From Acidobacteriota bacterium (lineage in GTDB: Bacteria; Acidobacteriota; UBA6911; JACQSX01), in the NCBI GenBank assembly GCA_036507075.1, contig DASXQR010000083.1:72233-136232 (forward strand): DNA of 64,000 nucleotides. Reading direction: 5' to 3'. The notes under the pieces were generated by a model, which saw nothing but the letters and a program-made list of their open reading frames with translations, was not told the origin of the DNA and did no database searches. This document shows positions 29,842-39,724 of this stretch, one piece after another; the first letter of the stretch is position 1; the number at the start of each line of letters is the position of its first letter. Made by a program: the position numbers and the translations under genes.

Positions 29842-30195
29842 ATGCGTAATTCCACGCGTGTGCTGCTGTTTATTTCCGACAAGACTCTGATGAAGACGCT
29901 CACCGAGGATCTCCGCCGGGCGGGCTACCTGGTGGACCGCTGTGAATCGCTGGAAACGTGCGAGCGTGTGAATTCGTTTTATGATCACGACGTTGCGTTC
30001 CTCCAGGCTGACGGAGACGATCTGGATACGATCCAGGCAGCAGCGAGCTTTGTGACGCCCGGGGCGCGCATCGTTGTCGTTCTGAACGATCAAGACCCAG
30101 GCGTCATCGAGCATCTGGAAATGCATGGAATGCAGGTGGCGCATTTTTCCGGCGATTCTCTGGAATTGCTCGAATTGCTCGAGGAAGAGGAATAG
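29842..30195 (+). CDS. small receiver-like (degenerate CheY-fold?) hypothetical protein with acidic C-terminus
   Basis: MRNSTRVLLFISDKTLMKTL... resembles a REC domain without the canonical DD...D...K pattern. Confidence 0.3.
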   Translation: MRNSTRVLLFISDKTLMKTLTEDLRRAGYLVDRCESLETCERVNSFYDHDVAFLQADGDDLDTIQAAASFVTPGARIVVVLNDQDPGVIEHLEMHGMQVAHFSGDSLELLELLEEEE

Positions 30196-30224
30196 GCGCC
30201 GCCTGCTGCGGCGAGTGGGCGGGT

Positions 30225-30558
30225 TTCGGGTTTGCGGGTTCGCGAGTTTGCGAGTACCGGGTTTGCGAGTTCCGGGTTGGCGAGTTTCGGGGTTGCGGGT
30301 TGCGGGTTTGCGAGCGGGTTACAAACGAGTTACGGATTGGCGATCTCACGATTCGATTGAAAAATTCAAAGCTGAAAATCGCTTCGGAATGTTGAATCTA
30401 TGTTTTCTCAATTGGCAATTCTGAACCCGTAACTCGCCAACCCGCAACTCGCCAACCCGCAACTCGCCAACCCGCAACTCGCCAACCCGTAACCCGCCAA
30501 CCCGCAAACCCGCAAACCCGTAACCCGCAAACCCGCAAACCCGAAACTCGCAAAACCT
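30225..30558. repeat. 334-bp hairpin-forming element whose arms are tandem 9-15-nt microsatellite words (gggtttgcgagt / aacccgcaactcgcc x4)
   Basis: The left arm carries tandem cgggtttgcgag units and the right arm the complementary tandem units. A related element lies at 50929..51000. Confidence 0.6.
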
Positions 30559-30564
30559 AAATTT

Positions 30565-31566
30565 TCAACCGCACAGATTGTCGCTTAATTCCTGCAATGC
30601 CCGGCGCGTGAACACGCGCACCATTTCCTTGCGCCAGCTCATATCGAGATCCGTGTTGTCCAGCGGTTTGGCGCGCTTCCAGGCAGCCTCTGCGGCCTGC
30701 TCGATCACTTCGCAGTTCAGCCGAGCGCCTCTGAACAGTTTACGAGCCGCCTCCACTTCGAACGGATAAGAAGCGACCGCGGTGATGGCGATTCGACCTT
30801 GCTCGATCACGCTCCGCTCCGCAGCGCTGGGACGAAGCCAGATGGCGACGCCCAGGATCGGAAAATCAATGGCGCCGCGACGACGCAGTTTCTTATAGAC
30901 CATGAGATCCGTGCTGACCGCGGGCAGGTGGATTTCCGTGAGCAGCTCGTCAGGTCTTTTGGAAAGAAACTCGATGCCGTCGTTGCGATAGAGCTCGGCT
31001 GCAGGAATCAGACGGTCACCCTGCTTGGACAACAACCGCACCTTCGCTCCCAGAGCAATCATCACCGGCGCCAGATCCGATGAAGCGACCGCCCAGCAGC
31101 GCGGGCTGGACGGCGCCACCCAGCAGACGTGGCCGTCCTTCTTCATGCAGAAGTCAATCGCCTTGCGCCATTCGTATGTCTGATCATAATAGGTGCATCT
31201 TGTGTCCACACAGAGATTGCCCCCGATGGTGCCGGCGTTCCGCAAGGGAGGAGAAGAAATAGCGCGGGCCGCGGCTGCAACCGCCGGATAGCGGCTGCAC
31301 AGCATCGGATTGCGCTCCAACTCGGCCAGCGTAACGCGCGCGCCGATCACTATTCCCTCTTCCGGCTCGCCCGCGACTCGATGAAGCGCGCCCAATCGCC
31401 TGAGACTGATCAAGGTCCGAGGCGCGAGTTGTCGCCGTTTCATTTTGGGAAATAGATCGGTGCCTCCGGAAACCACGGCGCAGGCGGGGGCTTCCGCATG
31501 AAGAATCGCAGCAACTTCTTCTGTGGTGGCTGGCTGAAAGTAATCAAAACTTGGAAGTCGCAGCAT
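30565..31566 (-). CDS. xanthine dehydrogenase/CODH-family FAD-binding subunit (CoxM-like)
   Basis: FAD_binding_5 N-terminus (FDYFQPATTEEV...GGTDL) and a CO-dehydrogenase flavoprotein C-terminal domain. Confidence 0.8.
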   Translation of the reverse strand: MLRLPSFDYFQPATTEEVAAILHAEAPACAVVSGGTDLFPKMKRRQLAPRTLISLRRLGALHRVAGEPEEGIVIGARVTLAELERNPMLCSRYPAVAAAARAISSPPLRNAGTIGGNLCVDTRCTYYDQTYEWRKAIDFCMKKDGHVCWVAPSSPRCWAVASSDLAPVMIALGAKVRLLSKQGDRLIPAAELYRNDGIEFLSKRPDELLTEIHLPAVSTDLMVYKKLRRRGAIDFPILGVAIWLRPSAAERSVIEQGRIAITAVASYPFEVEAARKLFRGARLNCEVIEQAAEAAWKRAKPLDNTDLDMSWRKEMVRVFTRRALQELSDNLCG

Positions 31567-31592
31567 GTTCGTCCGTTGTCAGTGGTCCGTTG

Positions 31593-34013
31593 TCAGTCAT
31601 CCCGCATCCTGAACACTGCGGGAGGTTGTTTCACTGCCGTGCCGTCGCCGCCTTCCCAGGGCGGGGGCACGATGCGCACCTCTCCAAAATCCAGCGGCGG
31701 AAACTCACCCGGTCCGAACCTTGCCGGCTTGCCGGCATTTTTGGCCCTCAAAGCCTTGAGCACTTTTTCCGGAGTGATCGGGATCTCATCGATCCGAACG
31801 CCGACTGCGTCGTAGACGGCATTGCAGATTGCCGGCATGACGGGCAGCAGCGGACCCTGGCCCAGCTCCTTGGCGCCAAACGGCCCGTTTGAATCCGGAG
31901 ATTCCACCAGGTAAGTCACCACGTTGCACATATCCATGGTAGTGGGGCTTTTGTAATCCAGCATCGACGGAATCTGATGAACATTTCGCCTGAAAACCTG
32001 CTCCTCCATGAGCGCTTCGCCCAGTCCCATGTACACGCTTCCCTCTGCCTGGCCGATCGCAAGCAGGGGATTGATCGCCTGGCCGAGATCGTGAGCAATC
32101 CAGATGCAAGGCACTGTTACAATTCCTGTCTCCACATCGACGTTCACTTCTGCCACGCAGGCGGTAAAGCTGTAGGCCGGCGACGGCCCTACGCCGCCTC
32201 CTTTGTAACGGGCCGCGGACGCCGGTGGCTTGTAGCTCCCTACGGTCCCGATCGTTCCGAACATCGCCTCGGCAAGCTGCACCGCTGCGGCAAATGTGAT
32301 TTCCCTGGCCGGATCTTCCGCGTCGAAAATTTTCCTGCCGCCGGCAATCAGTTGCGATTTAGGAATCTTCCACTTCACCGAAACAGCATCGAAGAGAATT
32401 GCGCGCGCGCGTTCTGCCGCCTGCACCGCTGCATTTCCCGTCATCAGCGTGACGCGGCTGGAATAGCTGCCCAAATCGACCGGCGTAAGATCCGTGTCGG
32501 CGGTCACCACTCGAATGTCCAGCGGATCAATGCCGAGAATTTCGGCGACGATATAGGCCAGCACCGAATCGGAGCCTTGACCGATATCCGTGCTGCCGCA
32601 AAAGCAGGTGACGCCTCCAGAGCGATCCAGTTTCAATTGCACGCCGGACTGCGGCATGTCATTCCAATAAATCGGCAATCCCGCCCCGCTGATATAGGCG
32701 CTGCAGGCCAGACCGACTCCTGCGCCCGTGGGAAGCTTCCGAAACTTCTTCGACCAGCCGGAACCTTGCAGCACTTTCTCAATGCACTCGCGCAGAGCGC
32801 ACGAGCCCACGCGCATCCAGTTGGCCGTGAGTGAATGGGGCTGAACCAGGTTCTTCAACCGCAATTCCGCCGGATCTATTCCGAGCCGCTCGGCGGCTTT
32901 GTCCATCTGGATCTCCAATCCAAAGCGGGGTTGCGGCGTTCCATGGCCCCGTTTCGGCCCGCATGGCGGCTTATTTGTAAACACGCGAGCTCCGCGAAAT
33001 CGATAGCGCGGAATCTGGTAGCTGACCGTTTGAAGCGCTCCCGTGTAATAGGTGCTCGCCACTCCGTAGCTCCCATAGGCGCCGCCGTCGAGAATCGTCT
33101 GGAAATCCAGGCCGGTAATCGTGCCGTCCTTATTGATCCCGAGACGCGACCGCATCAGCACCGGGTGGCGCCCGCGGTGGCAGTAAAAAACTTCTTCCCG
33201 CGTGAGCGTGATCTTCACCGGGCGCCCTGTCTTGCGCGCCAGCGCTGCGGCAACGATCTCGTGGCTGAAAGGATCGCTCTTGCCGCCAAAACCGCCGCCG
33301 TTCGGCATGGCGATGACGCGCACGTGAGCGGCCGGCATTTCCAAAACCTTTGCCACGGCACGATGCACGTAATGCGGCGTCTGGGTTGAAGACCAGACCG
33401 TGAGCTTTCCGTCGGATTCCAGTTTTGCCGCCGCCGAATGCTGTTCCATCGGAAGGTGGGTGCTTCCCTGGTAAAAGAAGAGATCGTCCAGGACGAAGTC
33501 GGAATCGCCCAGAGCCTCCTCTACATCTCCGAACTGAAGCGCGACTTTCTTATGAATATTGCCCTCGGCGGCATAGTCATGAATTTGCGGAGATTGAGTC
33601 GCCAGCGCCTTTTCAATCGACAGAATCGGCTCCAGGGGTTCATAAGAAACTTCGATCAGGCGTGCCGCTTCTTCCGCGGTTTCTTCGTCCACGGCGGCGA
33701 CAGCGGCAACCGGGTCACCTACGAAACGGACTTTATCGATGCAAAGGGCGTGCTCGTCTTCACTCACCGGCAGAATTCCAAAGGGGATGGGCAGTTCATT
33801 TCCCAGCAGGAACGCCTTTACTCCTTCCATGCGTCTGGCTCGGGACAAGTCAATTCCGCGGATCAACGCGTGGGGTTGGGTAGAGCGGACCAGTTTGGCG
33901 AAAAGCATTCGGGGGAAGAATAGATCGTCGGCAAATTTTGTCTCGCCGGTGCATTTGGCGCGAGCGTCGACTTTGGGAAGGGGTTTGCCGATGATTTTGT
34001 AGTTGGTGGTCAT
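31593..34013 (-). CDS. xanthine dehydrogenase/aldehyde oxidase-family molybdopterin-binding large subunit
   Basis: 806 aa with GGGFGGK and typical a/b-hammerhead and MoCo-binding domains. No AYXCSFR or AYRGAGR motif was seen. Confidence 0.8.
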   Translation of the reverse strand: MTTNYKIIGKPLPKVDARAKCTGETKFADDLFFPRMLFAKLVRSTQPHALIRGIDLSRARRMEGVKAFLLGNELPIPFGILPVSEDEHALCIDKVRFVGDPVAAVAAVDEETAEEAARLIEVSYEPLEPILSIEKALATQSPQIHDYAAEGNIHKKVALQFGDVEEALGDSDFVLDDLFFYQGSTHLPMEQHSAAAKLESDGKLTVWSSTQTPHYVHRAVAKVLEMPAAHVRVIAMPNGGGFGGKSDPFSHEIVAAALARKTGRPVKITLTREEVFYCHRGRHPVLMRSRLGINKDGTITGLDFQTILDGGAYGSYGVASTYYTGALQTVSYQIPRYRFRGARVFTNKPPCGPKRGHGTPQPRFGLEIQMDKAAERLGIDPAELRLKNLVQPHSLTANWMRVGSCALRECIEKVLQGSGWSKKFRKLPTGAGVGLACSAYISGAGLPIYWNDMPQSGVQLKLDRSGGVTCFCGSTDIGQGSDSVLAYIVAEILGIDPLDIRVVTADTDLTPVDLGSYSSRVTLMTGNAAVQAAERARAILFDAVSVKWKIPKSQLIAGGRKIFDAEDPAREITFAAAVQLAEAMFGTIGTVGSYKPPASAARYKGGGVGPSPAYSFTACVAEVNVDVETGIVTVPCIWIAHDLGQAINPLLAIGQAEGSVYMGLGEALMEEQVFRRNVHQIPSMLDYKSPTTMDMCNVVTYLVESPDSNGPFGAKELGQGPLLPVMPAICNAVYDAVGVRIDEIPITPEKVLKALRAKNAGKPARFGPGEFPPLDFGEVRIVPPPWEGGDGTAVKQPPAVFRMRDD

Positions 34014-34067
34014 AAGGAAAAAGCTTTCACCACAGAGACACAGAGGACACAGAGGCCGAGTGCCAGG

Positions 34068-34553
34068 CTAGGTGACAGGATCTAACCCTCGCATTCTCAA
34101 GGCGGCCAACTCGACGGCCTCGTAGATTTTCAGGTAACCGGTACAGCGACAGAGATTGCCCGCCAAAGCTTGTTCTATCTCTGAGCGTGAGGGCGCGGCG
34201 GTTCCTTCCAGTAATCCCCTGGCGGCAAGTAAGAATCCCGGTGTGCAGTAACCGCATTGAGCGGCCCCCAACTCAGCGAAGGCTTCCTGAAGAGGATGGA
34301 GACGGCCGGCCAGCGACATTCCCTCGATGGTGACAATTTCACAATCCTGACATTCCACGGGCAGCATCAGACAAGAGAGAACCGGCTTTCCGTCAATCAG
34401 GACAGTGCAGGTACCGCACTCGCCTACTTCACAGCCGTGCTTGGTTCCGGTAAGGCCAAGATCCTCACGCAGCACTTCGAGAAGCGTCTTTTGCACAGGG
34501 GCGGCTACCTGGATTCCCTCTCCATTTATCTGCAGATGGAAGAGTTGTTTCAC
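34068..34553 (-). CDS. (2Fe-2S)-binding small subunit (CoxS-like)
   Basis: GCEVGECGTCTV and CGYCTPG cluster motifs. The start is placed after the TetR stop; the ORF-track extension overlaps tetR. Confidence 0.75.
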   Translation of the reverse strand: MKQLFHLQINGEGIQVAAPVQKTLLEVLREDLGLTGTKHGCEVGECGTCTVLIDGKPVLSCLMLPVECQDCEIVTIEGMSLAGRLHPLQEAFAELGAAQCGYCTPGFLLAARGLLEGTAAPSRSEIEQALAGNLCRCTGYLKIYEAVELAALRMRGLDPVT

Positions 34554-35194
34554 CTCCGACGCCTCCTGTCGTTCGCGCTCTGACTTCGTGGAATCCTCCG
34601 GCGCAGCAGACCGCCGACGAGCAAGTCGGCAAACTCCCCGGCAATCTGGTCTACTGACATCGGACCGCCTGGCCGGTACCACTGCGCCGTCCAGTTAAGC
34701 GCTCCGAGAACGGCCCATGCCGCGGCGCGCACATCGCACACGCGGAAGACCCGCTCCTGAATCCCCCGTTGGATCACCCAGCGAATCAGGCGCTCGTACC
34801 GGTCGCGCTTTTTGATGATGCTGCGCAGCAGCCCGGAAGGCAGATCGCGAAAATCGATGTGTGCTGCCGAAGCCTGCATTTCATCCAGCATGCAGCCGAG
34901 CTGGGCACGGATAATTTCCCGTAACTGCGCGTCGGCCCGCTTCTCGCGCCGCAGCACCTGCCTGGCCTCGGCCAGCATCATGTTCAGCGAATATTCCTGA
35001 CAGAAATAGAGAAGTTCATGTTTGGATTGAAAGTAGTAGTACAGATTCCCCTTGGTCATCTGTATCCGCTCGCCGATCTCTTTCATGGTGGACACGGCAA
35101 AACCATGCCGGCTGAATTCACGGGCCGCCGCGCGCAGAATCTCAACGCGGTTGGACTCGTAGCGCCGGTACCGGCCCCGCGATTTTGACTGCAT
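34550..35194 (-). CDS. TetR/AcrR-family transcriptional regulator
   Basis: N-terminal HTH ...ILRAAAREFSRHGFAVSTMKEIGERIQMTKGNLYYYF. Confidence 0.85.
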   Translation of the reverse strand: MQSKSRGRYRRYESNRVEILRAAAREFSRHGFAVSTMKEIGERIQMTKGNLYYYFQSKHELLYFCQEYSLNMMLAEARQVLRREKRADAQLREIIRAQLGCMLDEMQASAAHIDFRDLPSGLLRSIIKKRDRYERLIRWVIQRGIQERVFRVCDVRAAAWAVLGALNWTAQWYRPGGPMSVDQIAGEFADLLVGGLLRRRIPRSQSANDRRRRR

Positions 35195-35263
35195 GGTCTA
35201 ATTTTAACTCTAAGGTCAAATTACACGAAGCACTTTCGACTCTCCAGTCCGAAAGTTCACAAG

Positions 35264-35309
35264 CTTGGTGCCTTGGTGGTAAAAGAACTTGAACCACCAA
35301 GGCACCAAG
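35264..35309. repeat. hairpin of the caaaggcacaaag word family (cttggtgccttggtggt...accaccaaggcaccaag)
   Basis: Perfect 17-bp inverted repeat. Related elements occur at 34026-34058, 44386-44412, 53746-53818 and 62008-62064. Confidence 0.6.
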
Positions 35310-35339
35310 CCAGTTCCCGTCGGGGTTTTAGCCGATATC

Positions 35340-36002
35340 ATGAAACCGGATCTTTTCGCCTGGAACCCGCCGCCGCGATCGTCCTTTCTTCCCCGGGAAT
35401 TGAAGCTTATAGATTCGCTGCGCACTCCGCGCCGGTTACAGCAGTGGCTGCGAGCCCTGCCTTACAACTGGGAGAAACGACGTGAGACGCTGCGTTCCTT
35501 TCGCGAAGTGGTCCGCCTGGGCACAGCGCACTGTCTTGAAGCCGCGCTGGCGGCAGCCGTGATCCTCGAGCAGCACGGATATCCTCCGATCCTGCTCAGC
35601 TTTGAATCCGCCGACAAGCTGGACCATGTGCTTTTTGTGTTCAAGCAACGCGGAAAATGGGGCAGCGTGGCTCGATCCCGCGACGCAGGTCTGCACGGCC
35701 GCCGGCCGATGTTTCGCTCAGGCCGGCATCTGGCGTTGAACTATTTCGATACTTATGTTGACTTTACGGGCCGCATCACCGCCTACGCACTGGTGAATTT
35801 GAATTGGCTGGGAAGCTATGACTGGCGTCTCTCGAAAAAGAACATGTGGAAGGTGGAACAGTATCTGATCGACTTTCCGCACAAGCCAATTTACTCGTCC
35901 GACCGGCGATATCAGAGACTTTTGCGCAGGTATCTCGATTTCAAGAACCGATACCCCGATCGGCAGGCTGTCTATTACCCCAGCCGCCCGCTTTGGTGGT
36001 GA
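35340..36002 (+). CDS. hypothetical protein
   Basis: Coherent ORF. Contains GTAHCLEAALAAAVIL, which could be a cysteine-hydrolase-like motif. No firm family assignment. Confidence 0.35.
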   Translation: MKPDLFAWNPPPRSSFLPRELKLIDSLRTPRRLQQWLRALPYNWEKRRETLRSFREVVRLGTAHCLEAALAAAVILEQHGYPPILLSFESADKLDHVLFVFKQRGKWGSVARSRDAGLHGRRPMFRSGRHLALNYFDTYVDFTGRITAYALVNLNWLGSYDWRLSKKNMWKVEQYLIDFPHKPIYSSDRRYQRLLRRYLDFKNRYPDRQAVYYPSRPLWW

Positions 36003-36054
36003 TTGCAGATCCTGTGATCGCGCCCACTTGGAGCGGCCCCAGGAAACCTGTAAG

Positions 36055-36495
36055 ATGAATGGGCGCCAGGAGGCCGTCATGAGCCGATTCGCAATAACGC
36101 TATTACTCTTATCCCTGCTGACCTGCGGCGCTTTTGCCGATCATCGGGTCCATGGAATCCGAGGCAAAAAGGTAAAGTACACGACGGCCAATCCGAAAAT
36201 AACAAAGGAAATGGCCCGGCAGGTCAAGCTTCGCGACGGCTTTGCCGCCGAGGACAAAAAAAGGGTAGTCCGGTTCGTGATTCCCCCGCGGCTGGGCGGA
36301 TTGGGAGATTTCAATAATCTGCAGACGTTCAGCAAAGGGGAAGCCGAACGGCGCAAAAAAGTGGAAAAGGAAGTAATCAAGAAATTCGAAAAGGGCGAAA
36401 TCTCGCTGGGCGACGCTCAGGCTCGCGTGCTTCACTGGAAGGAATACTCAACCATCCAACGCCAGCAGAAGCAGATGGTCCGAATACGACAGTAA
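36055..36495 (+). CDS. hypothetical secreted Lys-rich protein
   Basis: Signal peptide MSRFAITLLLLSLLTCGAFA. Confidence 0.4.
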   Translation: MNGRQEAVMSRFAITLLLLSLLTCGAFADHRVHGIRGKKVKYTTANPKITKEMARQVKLRDGFAAEDKKRVVRFVIPPRLGGLGDFNNLQTFSKGEAERRKKVEKEVIKKFEKGEISLGDAQARVLHWKEYSTIQRQQKQMVRIRQ

Positions 36496-36505
36496 CCTGT
36501 TCTTC

Positions 36506-37249
36506 CTATTTCTTTTGCGGGAGCTCTCTGCGAAGGAATTCTATCGTCCTTTTCCACGCATCAGCGGCTGCATCTTTGTTATAAACCTCCGAGCGCTCAT
36601 CGTTGAAGAAGGCGTGCTGTACCCCAGGGTAAATATGCATCTCAGCGCGTTTTCCATTCGCTTTCAAATCCTTCTCCAGTTGGCGGACGCTGTCGGGTGT
36701 TACAAACGTGTCTTTCTCGGCGTACAAACCCAGCACCGGCGCTTTTAAGTTCCTAATGTCCGGCTTGACGTTGGGATGACCTCCATAAAAGACAACACAG
36801 GCGCCCACTTCAGGGTTCTTTGAGGCCGCAAACAGCGACAGCGCGCCGCCCATGCAAAACCCTACCGTCCCCACCTTATCGCTGCTCACGCGGGGATTTG
36901 CGAGCAGATAGTGAATGGCGCCTCGCAAGTCCTTCTCGGCCTCGTCGATTCGCATGCTCATCATCAGTTTGCCCGCTTCATCCGGGGACTTGGTGGATTT
37001 GCCGTGATACAGGTCAGGAGCAAGGGCAACAAACCCCTCCTGCGCGAAGCGATCTGCAACCTTCTTGATATGGGGCACAAGACCCCACCATTCCTGAATC
37101 ACGACCACACCGGGACCTTTCCCCCCGGGCAAAGCCAGGTAACCTGAAGCGTTCCGGCCGTTTGATTTGAATTGAACCAGTTCTCCCATGAGAGCCTCTC
37201 TGTTCTTCACATACGCCTGAATATGAGTATACTGAAAGACTTCAGGCAT
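36506..37249 (-). CDS. dienelactone hydrolase family protein
   Basis: DLH-fold order with nucleophile GFCMGG and downstream Asp and His (PGVQHAF). Confidence 0.75.
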   Translation of the reverse strand: MPEVFQYTHIQAYVKNREALMGELVQFKSNGRNASGYLALPGGKGPGVVVIQEWWGLVPHIKKVADRFAQEGFVALAPDLYHGKSTKSPDEAGKLMMSMRIDEAEKDLRGAIHYLLANPRVSSDKVGTVGFCMGGALSLFAASKNPEVGACVVFYGGHPNVKPDIRNLKAPVLGLYAEKDTFVTPDSVRQLEKDLKANGKRAEMHIYPGVQHAFFNDERSEVYNKDAAADAWKRTIEFLRRELPQKK

Positions 37250-37310
37250 TCACATCTCAGGTTGTTCTGACTGCTGACGGGACGTTATGAACGCTGAAAG
37301 GTTTTAGGAG

Positions 37311-38318
37311 GTGGCTTCAATGCTTCGAAAAGTTTCCCTGGCAATCGTGGCACTTGGCCTGTGCATCTCGCTCGCAAAGGCCGACTTTCACTACAAAGAA
37401 ACAACCAAGCTGGAAGGCGGAATGCTCGGCGGAATGGTCAAAATCATGGGCCGTCTGGGCGGGCAAAAGATCGACGACGTGCCTTCTGCAATCTACATCA
37501 AAGGCGACCGGCTCCGGCGCGAGGATCCTACACACATTCAGTTGATACGGCTGGACAAGGAAGACTTTGTCGATATCAATCTCAAGGAAAAAACGTACAC
37601 CATTTTGACTTTCGAGCAGATGCGGGCCCAGTTCGATGAGGCTAATCGCAAGATGCGCGACCGCCGGCCGAGTAATCAAGACCCCAACGTCACTTTGAAA
37701 ATGGACTTCAAGGAAAGCGGAAAAACGGACAATGTAGCCGGCTACAGCGCGAAAGAATACATCATGGAACTCAGGATGCGGGCAGAAGACAAAGAAAAGA
37801 ACCAGTCAGCCGAAACGGTAATGAACGGCAGCGTCTGGCTCACCAAAGATGTGCAGGGCTATGATCAGGTGCGCGATTTCTACCAAAAGTTTGGCCAGAA
37901 GTTTGGGCGGGTCTTTGCCGGAATGGGACAGGCGATGGCGAACAATCCGCAGTTCGGCGAGGCGCTCCAAAAATTCGCGGCCAAGGCCCATGCAATGAAC
38001 GGCGCACCCGTCCTAACAGTGATCACGTTCTCGGCTGTAGGAGATCCCAACGCACAGGCTCAGCAGGGGCAGCAACCCCAGGCGAAGGAGGGCGAAGGGG
38101 CGTCGGTACCCAGCCTCGGGAAAATCTTCGGCGGGTTCGGCAGGAAGAAAAAGGAAGACAAGAAGGCCGAGTCCCAGCCTGAATCGTCTGCCCAGCCTCC
38201 GGCAGGTGGTCTGGTGCTGTTTAAGTCGCGAACTGAAAGCCGCGACTTCTCCAACAGCCCGGTGGATTCTTCACTGTTTGACATTCCCGCCGGTTACCGG
38301 CAAATTTCAAAGCAGTAA
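37311..38318 (+). CDS. hypothetical secreted protein (possibly DUF4412-like)
   Basis: Signal peptide MLRKVSLAIVALGLCISLAKA. Confidence 0.4.
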   Translation: MASMLRKVSLAIVALGLCISLAKADFHYKETTKLEGGMLGGMVKIMGRLGGQKIDDVPSAIYIKGDRLRREDPTHIQLIRLDKEDFVDINLKEKTYTILTFEQMRAQFDEANRKMRDRRPSNQDPNVTLKMDFKESGKTDNVAGYSAKEYIMELRMRAEDKEKNQSAETVMNGSVWLTKDVQGYDQVRDFYQKFGQKFGRVFAGMGQAMANNPQFGEALQKFAAKAHAMNGAPVLTVITFSAVGDPNAQAQQGQQPQAKEGEGASVPSLGKIFGGFGRKKKEDKKAESQPESSAQPPAGGLVLFKSRTESRDFSNSPVDSSLFDIPAGYRQISKQ

Positions 38319-38330
38319 AGCAGGGCCGTG

Positions 38331-38402
38331 GAGAGACGGCCTGAGGGCCGTCTCAGGGGAGTTTTACATTTGTGAGTAGAGACGGCCTGAGGGCCGTCTC
38401 TC
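38331..38402. terminator. two tandem copies of a perfect palindromic hairpin (gagacggcc-tgag-ggccgtctc); bidirectional terminator candidate
   Basis: Lies between convergent genes. Each stem is 9 bp, GC-rich, and reads the same on both strands. Confidence 0.55.
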
Positions 38403-38413
38403 CGCTCCCAATT

Positions 38414-39634
38414 TCACTGGGCGTATTTTCGCTCGATCTCAGCCAAATCCTTCCTCAGGATTTCATCAGCCAGATAGCCCGGATACTCGCGAACCAGTTT
38501 TCCGTCCGGGGCAAAAAGATAGCTGGTCGGGTAAGCGAAGATTTTGTATTGCTCCTCGATTTTTCCCGCCGGGTCAAGGGCCACCGGATAATCCATCTTC
38601 ATTTCCTTGATGAAAGCACGGATATCGTTCAGCTCGCTTTGTTCAGCGATTCCAATGATTTCGAAATGACCCCTCTTTTCCTGGTAGATCTTCAGTAACC
38701 CGGGGATTTCGGCCTTGCACGGCGCGCACCAGGTCGCCCAGAAATTAACCATCACGATCTTGCCCTTGAAATCCGCCAGCCGGCGGGTAGAGCCGTCCAG
38801 AAACTCCGCCTTGAAGTCATACTTTCCAACTTTGAAATCCGCCGGCCTCAGGGAAACCGCACCGGAACCAGAAGCGGCTGAAGTGGTCACAGTCGTTTTG
38901 GACACTGCCAGGTTTTCCAGGTTCAAAAAAGCAAGCCTGTTGGCGATCAGGGATAAATGATCGGTGAAAATCAGCACGCCGATGAACAATAGAATGACTC
39001 CACTTGCGATCTCGAGTTTTCGAAGATGAACGCGTACCTTCTTAAAAGTGGCCAGAAACTGGTTGAGAAAAAGAGCGGCCAGGATGAAACCGATCCCCAG
39101 TCCGATCGAATAGAGCGTTAGCAAGAAAACCCCCCGTGTAACAGAAGCGCTGACTGCGGCAAGAGCAAGAATACCTGCCAAGACTGGCCCCACGCACGGC
39201 GTCCAGCCGAAACCAAAGAAAATTCCCGCGGCCATGGCGCCGAGAAAACCGCCGGTCTTCTCCTGCCCGTGTATTTTTTTGTCGTAGAGAAGAAACGACA
39301 GACGGTAGACGCCGATGAGGTGAAGCCCCAGCAAAACGATAATCACGCCGGCAATTCGACCGAGCAGCTTCAAATTCTCGCGAAGAAAATTCCCCACCGT
39401 GGTTGCCGTGGCGCCCAGCGTTATAAACACAATAGAGAAACCGATCACAAAGGCTACGCTCCTGAGGAACGCGAGCCAAACCACTTTCTGCCGCCGTTCC
39501 GAAGCGGTCAGATCCTCAAACGAGAACCCGGTAATAAAAGAAAGGTAACCCGGTACAATCGGCAGCACGCAGGGCGACACAAACGAGAGCGCACCGGCCA
39601 GGAAGGCGGTCAAAAAGTCTATGTTCGAGCCCAT
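38414..39634 (-). CDS. cytochrome c biogenesis CcdA/DsbD-type transmembrane domain fused to TlpA/ResA-like thioredoxin
   Basis: N-terminal SFVSPCVLPIVP (CcdA) and C-terminal WATWCAPC thioredoxin motif. Confidence 0.75.
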   Translation of the reverse strand: MGSNIDFLTAFLAGALSFVSPCVLPIVPGYLSFITGFSFEDLTASERRQKVVWLAFLRSVAFVIGFSIVFITLGATATTVGNFLRENLKLLGRIAGVIIVLLGLHLIGVYRLSFLLYDKKIHGQEKTGGFLGAMAAGIFFGFGWTPCVGPVLAGILALAAVSASVTRGVFLLTLYSIGLGIGFILAALFLNQFLATFKKVRVHLRKLEIASGVILLFIGVLIFTDHLSLIANRLAFLNLENLAVSKTTVTTSAASGSGAVSLRPADFKVGKYDFKAEFLDGSTRRLADFKGKIVMVNFWATWCAPCKAEIPGLLKIYQEKRGHFEIIGIAEQSELNDIRAFIKEMKMDYPVALDPAGKIEEQYKIFAYPTSYLFAPDGKLVREYPGYLADEILRKDLAEIERKYAQ

Positions 39635-39724
39635 ATCAATCCTCTGACGCTAAATCGCGGCTTTGGTTTGACCAAAGTCCGTAACGCATAATGTCATTCA
39701 AATTCTTAGATATTTGAGAGACGA

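Noticed and set aside
30225-30558. Possible CRISPR array, because of regularly spaced short repeats
   Set aside because: The units are directly tandem with no unique spacers. The two halves are reverse-complementary, giving hairpin architecture. No cas genes are nearby.
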